From assembly GCA_965112155.1 (NCBI GenBank), contig OZ218106.1: 64,000 bases of DNA, one strand, 5' to 3'. The translations under genes were made by a program, and so were the position numbers. This DNA comes from Podarcis liolepis (Eukaryota). Every line of letters begins with the position of its first letter. Positions within the stretch are counted from its first letter, which is position 1. The notes beneath the pieces are model-generated. The model saw nothing but the letters and a program-made list of their open reading frames with translations, ran no database searches and was not told the origin of the DNA. Below are positions 36,688-50,074 of the stretch, one piece after another.

Positions 36688-38950
36688 GCTGCTATGGAAC
36701 TTTAAATAGACAGTTATGTTAGATCAGAAAAGGGGAAAGATAAGAACCCTATACAGTCCTGCTTCGGGTTGCGCGATTTCGGGTTGCGCACCGTGTTTTG
36801 GATCCCCTCCAAAATTTTGGGGTTACACGCTAATGAAGCTCCTTGTCTTTAGGTTATGTTTTCTCCTTAACTACCAAACTGAACTTTTAACCTCCTGTGC
36901 AGTACGGATAAATGTTCTTATTGAAATATCTACACGGGGTCACAATGTGTGTATGGCATCGACCACATAGCTGGAATGTATGTGTGCATGCAAGAAAGAT
37001 AAAACTGAGAAAGCTTAAAAGCACTCCCTTCCTAACTGTGAAAACGTTAGGAGAAATATGAATTTATTTCTTTATATCTCAGTACCCCTGCAGTGTAGGT
37101 ATTCTGGCACTTTCCCAAAAGAATAAAGAAAATAAAGAAAAGCAATTCGCTCTCCCTGGGGAGCGGACAAGACTGGGCACGTGCTTGATCTCTTAATTTC
37201 AAACGTACTCACTACAAATGAAAATAGTTAAATTACTGTAGATTTGCTTTCACCTCCAAGTCAGTATTATTTGGCTACTTGCCCTTTCTGTGCTTTTAGC
37301 TATTTTAGAATATCAAGTTTTTATACTTGGTGGAATATGTCAATCAAACTGGGATGCCGAACTGTATCTCATTTCAAGAATGTAAGTGAGGCTGGAGACA
37401 TATTGAGCATGATTTGTTCTTCTTCGTTGCCTTCCTCTGTGAAATAAGGGATGATGGGCAAATGTTGCAGACATTCCTAAACAAGAGCAAACATAATTAT
37501 CAGCAAATGAAAGAAAGTCTAACCCAGTACAGCCAGCTCTTATTATAATTACTTGATGAGAGAGATTGATAAACAGCAGGATTGTAGGTAAATTAAAACT
37601 ATAGGCATTCTGCTTTATGTAATATGAATGTCTAAAAGTTTTAATTTGCCTACGGTCCTGCTCTTTATCGATCTTACTCATCAAGTAATAAAAAGTTATA
37701 TATTCTATTGTTTTCTGCATTTTTTATTGCACAATCAGAATTGATTTTGCAATGGGGTAAATAAAGTTTGAGTTTTAGAAAGTTAAAAGCTTTTTCAGTA
37801 TGCTTGATGAGGACATTAAATTACGAAATGATTCTTTAAAGTTGGGGTAGTGTTTGGCTGAATCTAGACATGTATAAATAACCCTGTGATAATTATTTTT
37901 TTAAAAAAAACACGTTTACAAATATATATGGAATTTCTCATTAGCTCACCATTGTCATCTAGCATCACTTTTGTATAATGTACTTAAAACACATTAAAAA
38001 TGTTATATTTGCAGCTGTATAACTGAGTCCTTGGTCTGTTGCTAAGTTCCCAATATGGTACCTGTGGGCATCATTGCATCCCCAGACATTTCTCTGATGC
38101 TAGTCAAGGCTCCCAGTCCCTCCCATTACTTTTTTTTTTTACTGGTGTTTTCGTTGTCTGCTTGAGAAGGTTTCTTCTTTGTGGGGGTACTGTCAGCTTT
38201 TTCTGTGCTTTATTTGTTTTTTTTGGGTGCAGATGTTTTGCCTGTGGTTGGTTGTTCTAAGCACCACTAGTTTTTATGAAAAGTGTATTTTGAGATATCC
38301 ACTATAGTTTCTTAGACTTCAAAAGTCCTCCCAGGGCCAAAATGTTGTTTGTGGCTATTGAGTTTTGAAGATGTGAGAAAGTTGAGTCTGAAGGACACAC
38401 TCTTTGGGAGGTGTTCTTGAATTACTTTGCTCAAGAGGTAAAATGCATTATACTAGTAGTTACAGTTAGAAAGCAACATTGGGAATGAAATTAAGAAAGG
38501 TTGGATTTTGCAAGAAATTTTTCAAAAAGGATGGAGTGACAAGAAAACAGTATAATTGTGTCAGCTATGAAATTTACTGAGTGTGTGAGGAAATGTACAG
38601 CAACACTTCGTTCAGCTCCAGCCTATTTTGCCTGCTGGTGGACTCTGAATTTCACCATAGCTTCTCAAAAAGTCTTCTGTTAAAGAATTCTCTTCTTCTT
38701 ACCTCTTTGGTAAGTGGTTATTAGGCATGAGAGGTGAATCAGATACTCTTAATGGGTTTCTTTAAAAAGAAACAGTTTCTCCCTAAGTGGAGAAAACAAG
38801 CAAAAACAAAGCATCCAAAATCTTTTTTGAAAATGTCAGCTTTGTGATTAAAGTAATTAATTAAAATACTTCCTTTCCCCCTCTGTCACAGCCTCTTCAA
38901 CCTGCTACTTATGTTTAATATTAAAAAGACTTTTCAGTAACACACACAAA

Positions 38951-38953
<3 letters not shown>

Positions 38954-38983
<30 letters not shown>
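38954..38983. repeat. (GT)15 microsatellite
   Basis: Direct reading; ~215 nt upstream of the exon 2 acceptor. Confidence 0.92.
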
Positions 38984-38987
<4 letters not shown>

Positions 38988-39199
38988 AATATTGTTTATA
39001 TACCATATGTATATGTTTCCCAGATATTTATTTATAGGTCATACAATCCAAAACAGAACTAAATTCACACAAGACAATTGATTTAAATGGGCTACAGTAT
39101 ATTTAATTCTGTGCTGGAATATGGCCATAGTGTTTAGTCAATGTTTGTGCAATTCTGCTCTTAATATATTTAAAGTAAGCTCTCTTTTTGTATTTAAAG

Positions 39200-39310
39200 C
39201 TGTCTTTTGGGGAGATATTGCCTTAGATGATGAAGACTTAAAAATGTTTCATATTGACAGAACAATTGATCTTACGCAACATTCAAATGAAAGACTTGGA
39301 CATAATACAG
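39200..39310 (+). CDS. TLL1: Tolloid-like protein 1, coding exon 2 (prodomain)
   Basis: tttaaag|CT...ACAG|gtaagt; 111 nt; (A)[36 protein letters not shown](G), matching the TLL1 prodomain with the astacin FxGDI motif. Confidence 0.96.
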
Positions 39311-39989
39311 GTAAGTTGCTAAATATTTTGGTTTATTAAAATGTAACCAGTGTTCCGTCATGAGCACTTGCAATAGATTTGTATTCTTATGGAGCAAAAA
39401 ATCCCATATGCATAAAGATATTTATTCAAAACATTTATGTCCCACCTTCATGTTGCATATAGCAATTGCCTACAATAAACACAACTATAATCACAGTACA
39501 GTATCGTAAAGCACAATTCAAAATGAGAGCTTGAGAAAGAATCAGTTTGAGAGATCACAGTGATAAAGTCAGACAAGCACATAAGCTTGTTGGTATAAAA
39601 TACTGTTTTACCCGTCATGGAAATGTCATCAGGGGTGGGGCAGCTTGATCTCTTGCAGCAGGAACTTGCAGAATCTAAGTGCTATGGAGAAGGCTATCCT
39701 GTTCCATACCTGCTAACTGAATTTCTGGTAGTGACCTCCCTCCTGTGACTTGAAGGTATGGGGAAGCTAATGAAGGTAGGAATGATCTTTTAGGTATTCT
39801 GATCCCACCCACTTCCCCAAAAATTCAGTCTTTAAAGAAAATAACCAGCACTTTGACAGTGATGTTGCTGTAACAGTTCATTCAGATTAGCTGGCTCCAA
39901 GGGACTTTCCATCACCGAACATTTGATGTAAATGGTTCAACCTTTACCTGACCATGGGCCTCGTTGTTTTGTTAATTCTGTGCTCCCTA

Positions 39990-40145
39990 GGTACAAAGAC
40001 TAGGAATAAATCAGCATTTCTCCCAATGCAGTGGTGTAAAAAGTAGAGTTCTCCAAGGTTCAATATCAGGACCTGATCTTTTTAATTTCTTCATAAATGA
40101 CTGGAAGTTAGGGGTGAGCAATAAGGTAACCAAGTTGGCTGGACT
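39990..40145 (+). mobile_element. Old CR1 RT fragment
   Basis: CAAGGTTCAATATCAGGACC...TTCATAAATGAC.GGAAGTTAGGGGTGAGC...CCAAGTTGGCTG resembles the PQGSVLGP..FINDL...KFADD coding region. Confidence 0.55.
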
Positions 40146-40724
40146 CACCAAAGTTCATACAAAACATTCTCCTTCTGAGTGTGTTGTCTGGGGATTGAGT
40201 GGAGACAAAAAGGACCTTATATACCATGCCTACCACGTGCATAAGTACCAGGGAAAACATTATAGATACCCACAGGGCTTTCCATGGGAAGAAATGCTGA
40301 GAACAGTTTGTTAATGCACGGTACAGCTGTGTAAATATCCAGCTTACGTTAACAAGCCTGGGAAGTACAGTGTGATGATGAGGAAACTGCAGGCCATCCT
40401 TATTAGTGAGTGTCGACTGTAACGGAGAGGATCTGATCTATGCTGCACCCCAGATCTATGCAGAAGGAAGCAGAGAGCAGCTTGGATGAAATTCATATCC
40501 TCATTCCACTTTCCCATGACCTGCCAACAAAGTCTGTTTGGTGTGTGAAACAGAAACCAATTCTATTTCAAGCCAACCCCATACCTGATGGTTGATAAGG
40601 ATATATGCACTATGCAATCCCTAGCTTTTTGTCCATACTTTAGACATGGGCAGGAGAATATATTTCTGTGTTTCTGCTTTGGAGAAGCTGTTGGATGCAG
40701 CATACCTACTTGAATCAGCACCAG

Positions 40725-41060
40725 TAAACCACAGAGCCTAGGACTTGCCGATCAGAAGGTCGGCGGTTCAAATCCCCGCGACGGGGTGAGCTCCTGTTGC
40801 TCAGTCCCAGCTCCTGCCAACCTAGCAGTTTGAAAGCACGAAGTGCAAGTAGATAAATAGGTACTGCTCCGGCGGGAAGGTAAACGCCGTTTCCGTGCGC
40901 TGCTCTGGTTCACCAGAAGCGGCTTAGTCAGGCTGGCCACATGACCCAGAAGCTGTACGCCAGCTCCCTTGGCCAATAAAGTGAGATGAGCACCGCAACC
41001 CTGGACCTAATGGTCCACGACTGGACCTAATGGTCAGGGGTCCCTTTACCTTTACCTTTA
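40725..41060 (+). mobile_element. Sauria SINE (5'-trimmed)
   Basis: GGTTCAAATCCCC B box; (CCTTTA)3 tail; internal duplication of CTGGACCTAATGGTC. Confidence 0.9.
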
Positions 41061-42694
41061 ATAACCTCTGCAATTGGATCAATTTCCTTGGATAGAAACA
41101 GCGAAGGAAAATAATCTCAACTACGGTTCCATTCTACTTACCTGTTTATAACTAAGGCAGAGCCCAAATTTTAAATGTTCAAACTATTGACTTGAATTAA
41201 ATGAAAGAAATGAAAATGGATGGGCAAAACTGGGAGCTTATTTCTGTGGTGGTGTCCTGCAGATCATAACCTAGAGCAGGGGAGGACCAGAGAAGCTCAA
41301 CAGATGAGCAGGACCACGGATAGCTCCCTGTGGAGCTGTGTGCTTTCTGGCCAAAGCCAGGGCGGCACTTGAGACAGGATTTGGAAGGAAATTGCAGTCT
41401 TAAGTAGTCATGCTGTACCTATTATTTCTCTGCCCCTCTAAAGAATGGCTGGTAAAGAGGCTGCACACCCTATTATTGAGGTGCTGGCTGCAGTGGAGGA
41501 GGTGACCCTCCTGTTGCTCTTAGAGATGGCATGGAGGTCAAAACGGGTTTTCTTGCACTGTCAAGCATTCTCCTTGAATAATGGGCGAGATAAATGGATT
41601 GACAAATTGGTAAAAATTGGTAAGAGACTGTGGGTTTTTTTTGTTTTTTTTTGGTTAGGTGCTTTTCTCTTTGTCTCTTTCTCTATTTTTCTTTCCCATC
41701 TGTGCCAGCAGTAGCACTTATTTCAGATACCATCAGCTGCAAGTTGCTGTCTCCCATCCCCTGAATGTAGTGTTGACCAATCCCATGCCACCATATCCCA
41801 TGCCTTTGAATGATAGGGACATTCTGGGGGGAAATGTCAGCCAATAAGAGCAGATTTTACTTACTTACTCACTTGCCAGCTTACATGCTATCCCTCCTTT
41901 CCTTCAAAGGAGCCCAGGGCAGCAAACACATTAAAACTAAAACAATGCAATTGAAACATTTAAAAACAACCTTCTAAAAGCAATCATCTGCTCTCAAATA
42001 ATAACATCTGAGTTGCCAGGGACAGGCCTTTCAGCCATCAAATGCCTGGGATTTGGCATTGGGGGTAAAGTTTGCTGTTCACCCCCGAAATTTGTCCCAT
42101 GCCTGAAAAGCAGCGCCGTAATTTCCTATTAAAACCAATTCAGCCTCAAGTTTCTTCCCTCCTTTACGAGCTTTTTCCTTTACACCGTGGCTGGCTGAAC
42201 AGTTCTGCATCACAACTGCCGTGTACGCAATGTTCTTCCCTGCCATACAGCCTTGAAACAAGTTACCTTTCATCCAAAGAGAACTGCGTAGGAGCGGTGC
42301 AACAAAGCACTGTCTTCGCCTTAAGATCTGAAGGTGTTTTTGTGCAATTCATAATAGATAGAGATTTGTTTCATCAGTTAAGTAATGCCAGAATGAGTTT
42401 TTAATAGAAAAAAATGCCCCGAGACAAATTCTTTAGAACTTCCATAATTATATCCCTGATTTATTAACATGAAATCTGCGTACAGCATGCAAACAATTAT
42501 AAAGCACTAATCTGTGCTAACATGTTTACATTGTTAGCAGTGGAGTCTAATTCAAAGAAAATATATCTGTTTATTTCTCTGGGAAACACTTCCAACTGCT
42601 GCTGTGATGTCTTTTTATACTAACAACCATGTAACTGTTGACTCAGGGCAGGACTTTGGGTCCCATTGAGAAGTGACACCCAAAATGTAGCAGG

Positions 42695-42785
42695 TCAGCT
42701 GCCTATTCCTGCATTGGAGAGGGTCAGGCTAGATGTCCCTCAGGGTCACTTCCAGATCTATAAATCTATTATCTATTATCTATAT
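42695..42785 (+). mobile_element. CR1-type 3' tail fragment (CR1 or CR1-dependent SINE)
   Basis: TTCCTGCATTGG...CTAGATG...CACTTCCA...ATCTATT repeats, similar to 14852-14912. Confidence 0.55.
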
Positions 42786-42843
42786 TTTGAAGTAAGTGCA
42801 GTAGTACATATAATCATATAAAGAGGATGTAAGACTATTTAAA

Positions 42844-42855
42844 GTAGTAGTAGTA

Positions 42856-42909
<54 letters not shown>

Positions 42910-43208
42910 TTATTAACTTATACTCCGCCCATCTGGCTGGGTTTTCCCAGGAACTCTGGGTGGCTTCCAACAGGAGATTAAAAATACATTAAAACATCAG
43001 TCATTAAAAAACTTCCCTAAACAGGGCTGCCTTCAGATGTCTTCTAAATGTCATATAGTTTATTTCTTTGACATCTGATGGGAGGACGTTCCACAGGGCG
43101 GGCACCACTACCGAGAAGGCCCTCTGCCTGGTTCCCTGTAACTTGGCTTCTCACACTGAGGGAACCGCCAGAAGGCCCTCAAAGCTGGACCTCAGTGTCC
43201 AGGCCGAA
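42844..43208 (-). mobile_element. L2 LINE 3' fragment with (TAA)n tail
   Basis: Homologous to 59824-60175. Confidence 0.88.
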
Positions 43209-43283
43209 CAAAGTATGTGAAGTAGTGCACTTTCATATCTAAAGAGAGCCCACCTCCATCCCCCAATAAGACAGTTGTAGTAT

Positions 43284-43637
43284 TTGTTGTCGTTTAGTCG
43301 TGTCTGACTCTTCGTGACCCCATGGACCAGAGCACGCCAGGCACTTCTGTCTTCCACTACCTCCCGCAGTTTGGTCAAACTCATGCTGGTAGCTTTGAGA
43401 ACACTGTCCAACCATCTCGTCCTCTGTCATCCCCTTCTCCTTGTGCCCTCCATCTTTCCCAACATCAGGGTCTTTTCCAGGGAGTCTTCTCTTCTCATGA
43501 GGTGGCCCAAGTATTGGAGCCTCAGCTTCACGATCTGTCCTTCGAGTGAGCACTCAGGGCTGATTTCCTTAAGAATGGATAGGTTTGATCTTCTTGCAGT
43601 CCATGGGACTCTCAAGAGTCTCCTCCAGCACCATAGA
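43284..43637 (-). mobile_element. RTE-BovB LINE 3' fragment
   Basis: Reverse complement of 29687-30029 with a nearly identical peptide. 11-bp TSD AGTTGTAGTAT (43273-43283, 43638-43648). Confidence 0.93.
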
Positions 43638-46110
43638 AGTTGTAGTATAAGATCACGTAACTATTCTGCTTGTCTCAGTTGCGATTCACCTGGAAGATGC
43701 TGCTGGTGGGGAGAAAGCACTTCATTTTCTTCTCCTCTGGCCAAATGAATTGCCAAATGACCAGGATTAAATGGCCTGACCTGCTCTTCCTTCTTTAACA
43801 GCACCATGATATTTAGAGATCAGAAAGTTTATCTTTCTACAGTATGGGAGCGAAATATTATCACCTCAGAATATCTGCAACCTGCTGTTCAAAGCATAGC
43901 TAGAATTGCCAGTTCAATCCGTTTCCCCAATCCATGGGAATTTTTTTAAAAAGTAATTTTTAGAGTTCTGCCTTCTGGTCAATTAACAATAATAATGAAT
44001 GTACTATTTTTACACTTTCTTGTCATTTTTTTGCTTATCTTTTCTTAAAATCACCTGTTTGTTCTAAGTAGTAGAATCTTTTGATCTTTTTAAAGATCTG
44101 GATTTAAATGTTAATAGATTCAGTTAATTCCACCCACCCTCACCACAACAAGTAGTTTTAATTAGCTTTGAACTGTTTCACAGCCTAATTTTGCTGACAG
44201 ATAAACACAGCAAGGTGAATCACTTCTCAGACTTGAACATAAGTGATTATTTTGTTTATCCTGCATTCTTGCTTTGGATTCACAAACATCTGAAAAACCA
44301 TTATATATATATTACAATATACAACACCTATCAGATTAATATTCTGCATGTCTTTCTTGGGTAACATGCATGCTCACTGCCAGAAAAAGCAGAATATTAT
44401 TCTTTAGGCAAAGTTACGTTATTTCAGGAAATGTTAGTTTCTATATCTGCATTACTATGACACATTGTAAAAAAGGGGAAATATTTAGAATCAGGGAGTT
44501 TTTCATTCTAATTCTTGAAGTAGAAGTATTATATATTTTTAAATATGAACAATAATGCAGTTTATCTGCACATTAATCTAACATTTCTTATAGAATCAAA
44601 ATTTCATTTTTGGAATCTGAAGGTATGGGACTATTAATAAATTTGAACAATGAACAACAAATGAAAATTATTGTTTTTAAGGCAACAGTACTACTTACTT
44701 GGGAGCAAGCCCCATTGAACTCTATGGCACTTACATCTGAATAGACCTGTATGGAATTCCACTGTTAGCTAAGGATACTTACCGGTATCTCTTCTGTGTA
44801 GTTATTCACTTTCTTTCATTGTGTTTGTTTTTTCATAAATAAAGTATTACATCAATGGGCAGTAAATGTTGGTGTGCTGCCTAGTACACTCTGGTGCTAT
44901 AAAATATCTCATTCAGAAGGAATGTCTTAAAGTATTGTCTCATTCCCTTAAAATCTAAGCAAAAATTTGAGAAATTTTTCTTGAGGGCCACTGCAGCTAT
45001 GTCACAATGTAAAGCAAATAATTACACAGATTATTGAGCAACCATGCAACAAGCTTGCCTTTTATGGCACTGTGTACTTTGTAATATGTCTTTCAAGACT
45101 GCCATTTGGGAAGCTTGCGTGGAAACTGTATGTCAAAAGAATTCAGAGAATTGCTGAAATGGCTAACCTATGTTTCATTGTACCGCTTTAAGCCTTAAAA
45201 AAAAATAAAAAAATCTTTCCAGTTCTTCTGTAACAAGCAGGAATAATGGTTCTTTAGTATTAAATTTTTTTTTTACAAATATCAATAATGGGGATTTTAT
45301 GAAGTCTCCCAAATGCCCTCTATACAGTGACGTTGCTGGTGATACATTTAACGCTTGAAGACAACTGCAGACAGACCGCTCAGAGGCAAAAGAAGTCAAA
45401 CATAAATGCTATCAGAAGAGATCTGATTTTTGTGGCATGGTGAATATTGAGATAAAGGATCTGGCTGTTCCTGTAATTCATTTTTAGGACTCTATCCATC
45501 AGTTCCTCAAATAGTAGCACTAGAGTTACTGGAGTATCTGATAACTTAGCATCCTTATATGCCTTCCAGTCTTAGTAAAAACCACATGCATGTCAATAAC
45601 TTTAAGTGTATCATAGTTTGGCATCACACCTGGAGGTACACACTCTATTGTGAATTGCATCCAAGGTGAATTCAACTATCTTGTATTTTTTAAATCGTAT
45701 GTTTTATCTGTCTCCTCAATACACTTGGATACATGTGCTTTATCCAAGTCTGTAGAATTGCGTATCTCTGAAATAAGAATAAAGTTTGCCATTCATAGTA
45801 CTGAGACTTGTCAAGGCCCTGGGGGGAATTGGCAAATTGTAATTAGATGATGTAACTGTTGTAAATTGTTGAAATGCCAAAGTTATGCTGGCTGGCATTT
45901 TGGAATGCACGTTAAAAAAAACAAAACCCTTATGACAACAAATTTGTTTTTGTTTCATTCTCAATAGAATGTTAATGGCCAAAAGAATGTTAAAGACACA
46001 TTTCTTTAGCATCTCCTCACATTCAAAAAAATTATTTCCCCCCACCTCAGTTTTCTGTAAACTCGTGTGCTCGATGTATGTGTGCTCATTGAATATTCTT
46101 CTTTTAAAAG

Positions 46111-46191
46111 GTGGTTTTGGAGAGCGTGCAGTGTCAAAAAAAAGTGATGCCCTGTTTCAGCTTATAGACAGCATAAGAAGATTTGGCTCAG
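46111..46191 (+). CDS. TLL1: Tolloid-like protein 1, coding exon 3
   Basis: ttttaaaag|GT...TCAG|gtattg; 81 nt; GGFGERAVSKKSDALFQLIDSIRRFGS(G), similar to human [28 protein letters not shown] as recalled. Confidence 0.93.
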
Positions 46192-47743
46192 GTATTGTAC
46201 TATTCCAGTGGGTAGATGTCCAGATTTTACAATGTCAATACAATACAATGTAAGATTTGTCTCCATCACAATCCACAGAGATGTGCAGACATTGATTTGC
46301 TAGTTCTTGCATGTACCAGCTTCCCTGAGATCAGTGGAAGCACACAAACTGCGTACAGACGGGGTTTCTCTATTGAGATCAATGGACAAGCTCTGGTGGA
46401 TTAGGGAATTCTATATATGCTGTGAGTAAAAGAGACCCTAAAAAAAATAAATGATTGGGCTGAACTGCTTAAACCTAGTTTATGAGAAATGGGAAACTCT
46501 GAAAAGTGACTAAATTTATCCCAAAGTCCAAGTTTGACAGATCCTGTTTTATATTTAATTTCTGGAATCTTAATATGGAAGGCAAATCAAAATTACAATT
46601 ACTGCTTGGTGCCTCTCAATAAATGACTTACTGTTCATTCATTGGGAAATGCAATAATATAGGTTGGTGATATGGACACTGATACATTAGTTACAATGAC
46701 TGAGATAAATTTGCATCCACCATTGAGGGAAAAAGTGGTGGGGTGTCAAGGCTTAGAGAATACTATCCCTCCCCAAAGAAAAGTCCTTACCATGTAATTT
46801 ATTCAGTATTCACAGAGAGAGAGAAAGGGGCATAGTCTCTATGCAATGATGGCATTACTCCAAGTAAAGTCCCATCCCACTTTGTCTCCTCTAATCTACG
46901 TTATAATCTGAGCCTTCTGCCACTGAGCTCTCTGTTCTACTACTCTCAGCGCCCATCTGGTTCTGGGAGAAGGGGGGTCAGGAATGCATTCCAAGGACAT
47001 TGAGTCTGTCAGCTGTCTCCCCCCCCCCTTCTTGCTGTTCCTCTTCCAATATTTCCCAGCTTCTGCTCTCTGCAGCCTCTGAACTATGCCCTTCTGCAAA
47101 CCACTGATCTAAATCTATACTGTCCTCCTGTTCACATTCCCCACCATTCCTCCTCAGTCCAGCCCCTGACATGGAGGGAAGTAGTTGCAGAATGAGGTGT
47201 CTACAGGAGAAGAGTTAGGATCCTCTTTCTGCCTTCCACCATCTCTCTTGCAAATTGTCCCCTGCAACAGAGAAGTGGCACTCAGGGTTTGGAAAAGTGA
47301 CTTGGCTGCGTAACATCATGCAGCCCTGGTAGACTTAATTTGCCTGCCTTTTTTTAAATGCTTAAGTGCTTTTTATATAACAACATGTGTGAATCCTTAT
47401 AAATAAAGATTCAGTTATACAACTGTATCTGACTAACCACTGCATTAAGGCAGAGTTTCATAGGACTGGCAACAGGATCCTGTGTGCCAGTTCAAGGAAG
47501 CTGTTCTGCTGTCTCTGGACTTGAACCCAGTTCCAAGTCTGGTACTATGGCACCAGCATGCCTGTTTTCCAGGGATTTTCCAAGCAGGTGCAAACAGGGA
47601 CACATGGCAATGAAGAGATGAGCTGCATGGTTGCATGGATTTGGCATTGGTGCATGATAAACAGCTCCATAGTACTGAGCTATTAGTTTGTTTCATTTTA
47701 AGCATTTGTTAATTCATGTTTGTCCATTGCATTGCAAGTCTGG

Positions 47744-47805
<62 letters not shown>
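47744..47805. repeat. Compound (GT)n(AT)n microsatellite
   Basis: Direct reading; ~90 nt upstream of the exon 4 acceptor. Confidence 0.92.
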
Positions 47806-47807
<2 letters not shown>

Positions 47808-47893
47808 GAAATCCTTCTATCTTTGAAGAAGATATTTTCATTAATGAAATTTTAAGCATTTTGTTCCATTTTCTATTATAAATATATTTGCAG

Positions 47894-48046
47894 GTTTTCA
47901 GCAAAATAATATAACAAAGGGAAGAGCAGCTCTAACATTCTCAGGGAGCTATGAGAAGAAACGGTTTCCACGAGCAGCTACATCACGCACAGAACGGATA
48001 TGGCCTGGGGGTGTCATTCCATATGTTATAGGTGGAAATTTCACTG
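47894..48046 (+). CDS. TLL1: Tolloid-like protein 1, coding exon 4 (furin site, start of astacin domain)
   Basis: tttgcag|GT...ACTG|gtaaga; 153 nt; [26 protein letters not shown]|[24 protein letters not shown](G). Confidence 0.97.
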
Positions 48047-48736
48047 GTAAGAAAGACAAAAGATACACTTTTATCCTTGAAGGAATTGACCCTTAGAATT
48101 AGCAGAATTTTTTAAAAATGAAACAGAGGTCTTGAAATGGATTCTCTCTTTCTTGTTTTCTAGGTGTCCTGGCTCTATATTACAATAACAAACTCTGAAA
48201 TAAACACATATTTTATAGTACAAGTGTCTTTATACAATTGTAGCTCCTTTAAAGCTTTCTATACAAATGCTTTAATCCCTAAAAATTAAATGTAACTTGA
48301 AAATGCTGTGAATCAAGTAGCACTCAAGTGACTAAGGTGCAGTGTGTGATAGCAAACTAATTCAACTTTTCCTTTTATCATACTGTCTTGAGATTCCGGT
48401 CAACTTAAATACACATACAGTTTAGCTTATATGAAAATGTTGCAGTTCCTGTGCTCAACGACTCCAAGATGCCTCTTTTCCACTGAAATAAATTCAATGT
48501 ACATTTCACATGGTTGGCTAAAAGAAATAGTGATACATCACAATTAAATATCAGGAGAGCTTTCTAATATATTTTAAAGCACGTGTAACATGAAAAAACA
48601 ACAAGCATCCAGCGAGGGATATGCTCACAGAAACCTGCATCAACATGCATTTGCCCTCCAGGTGGATAGGAGCATGTGATGGTGGAGGGAGATAGGGAGA
48701 GAGAGGAATAAGGGCAATTTTCTTGCCAAAAAAGTA

Positions 48737-48905
48737 CCGTATTTTTTGCACCATAACACTCACTTTTTTCCTCCTAGAAAGTAAGGGGAAATGTCTGTGC
48801 GTGTTATGGAGGTAATGCCTACGGGTAGCATGCCTACGGATTTTCCTCCTCTAAAAACTACGTGCGTGTTATGATCGGGTGCGTGTTATAGAGCGAAAAA
48901 TACGG
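48737..48905. mobile_element. Tc1/mariner MITE related to family D (shorter)
   Basis: TA|CCGTATTTTT ... AAAAATACGG|TA; shares CTCACTTTTT..CTCCTA.AAAGTAAGGGGAAAT with 63742-63999. Confidence 0.85.
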
Positions 48906-49722
48906 TATACTGGAACACAGATACACCCGATTATCTATCTCTGCTTCCCAATTAAAATGAATAGTCTTTCTTGGTCAGAGATTTCTAATTTAAATGATAC
49001 GGAATGGGAGCTAATTGTTTAGAACAAGTTATTGGGACCAGTGTTACTCCAAAATTCTTGTATGCCAAAGACAATGTACATCAGATTTGGCAAAAAAAAA
49101 AAAAAAAAAAAGGCTCAGAAAAGGGAGAGACTCCTATTAGTTGCCAAGCAGATGCAAAGTCCAGTCATAGTGTCAGCTCATCATTCACTCCTCTCTCATC
49201 TCATTATCTCCTGGAATATTGTATTGAAATTTGTCTTGCATGGAATCATGCAGATGTGCTTGGCAAACCTGCATAGATTAGAGAGCTCAGAGCACTGTAT
49301 GTTCAGTAGCCCACTCTCCGTTCTGTTGGTATAGGTGGTTTTTGATACAAGACTGCCAAAGCAATGATCAGGTCCATGTGTGCAAGAAATTCTGTTGCAG
49401 CTTGTGTTATGCTTTTGTCGGGTCAGCTTTCCCCCCCCCCCACAAGCTATACATGCACACCATTAGGAAGAGAGGTCTGCACATGGCATGCCTATTGCAC
49501 AAACAGATGAAACAGTTGTGTGAGTCTGCACTCTCTGAAGTTACACTCTGCACATTCCTGTTTTTGGGATGCATGCACATTTTAGAGGCAGCTGATGAAA
49601 TGTGAAAACACACGCAGGAGTGACCAGTCAGTAATGTCTCTGCATTCAAGGCATCCTGCAGATATTTCATTCTGCTGCCTATAGCTTAGTTCAGTGCTGT
49701 TTTTTCACATGTTTTTCAACAT

Positions 49723-49832
49723 GTTCAGATGTTGCTGGTCTCCACCTCCCATGAGACTTAGCTAACATGGCCCTGGATAATGGGAGTTGCACTTCAGCCA
49801 CCATCTGGAGGACCCCAAGTTCTCTTCCCCTG
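49723..49832. mobile_element. Degenerate URR1-like hAT MITE
   Basis: CAGATGTT...CTCCCAT...ATGGGAGTTG...CATCTGGAGG palindromic core, like 16859 and 63358. Confidence 0.5.
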
Positions 49833-50074
49833 ACCCAATGGACTAATACTGAGGTCCCAGTACAACAATAAAGAAACCTAACATCATGGCTTCTCAACAT
49901 GCAGCACACCTGCACCAGTTGGAACTCACTAACCTAAGCCATTCCAGGTGTGATGTTCCAACAGTGGCTCAATAAACCTCTTCTGCTGCTTGCCTTGCAC
50001 TGTAAAATGGGGTGGGGTGGGCAGGGCGTTGCTATTATTTACCACAAATTAAAACACATTACAACAGATTAAAG

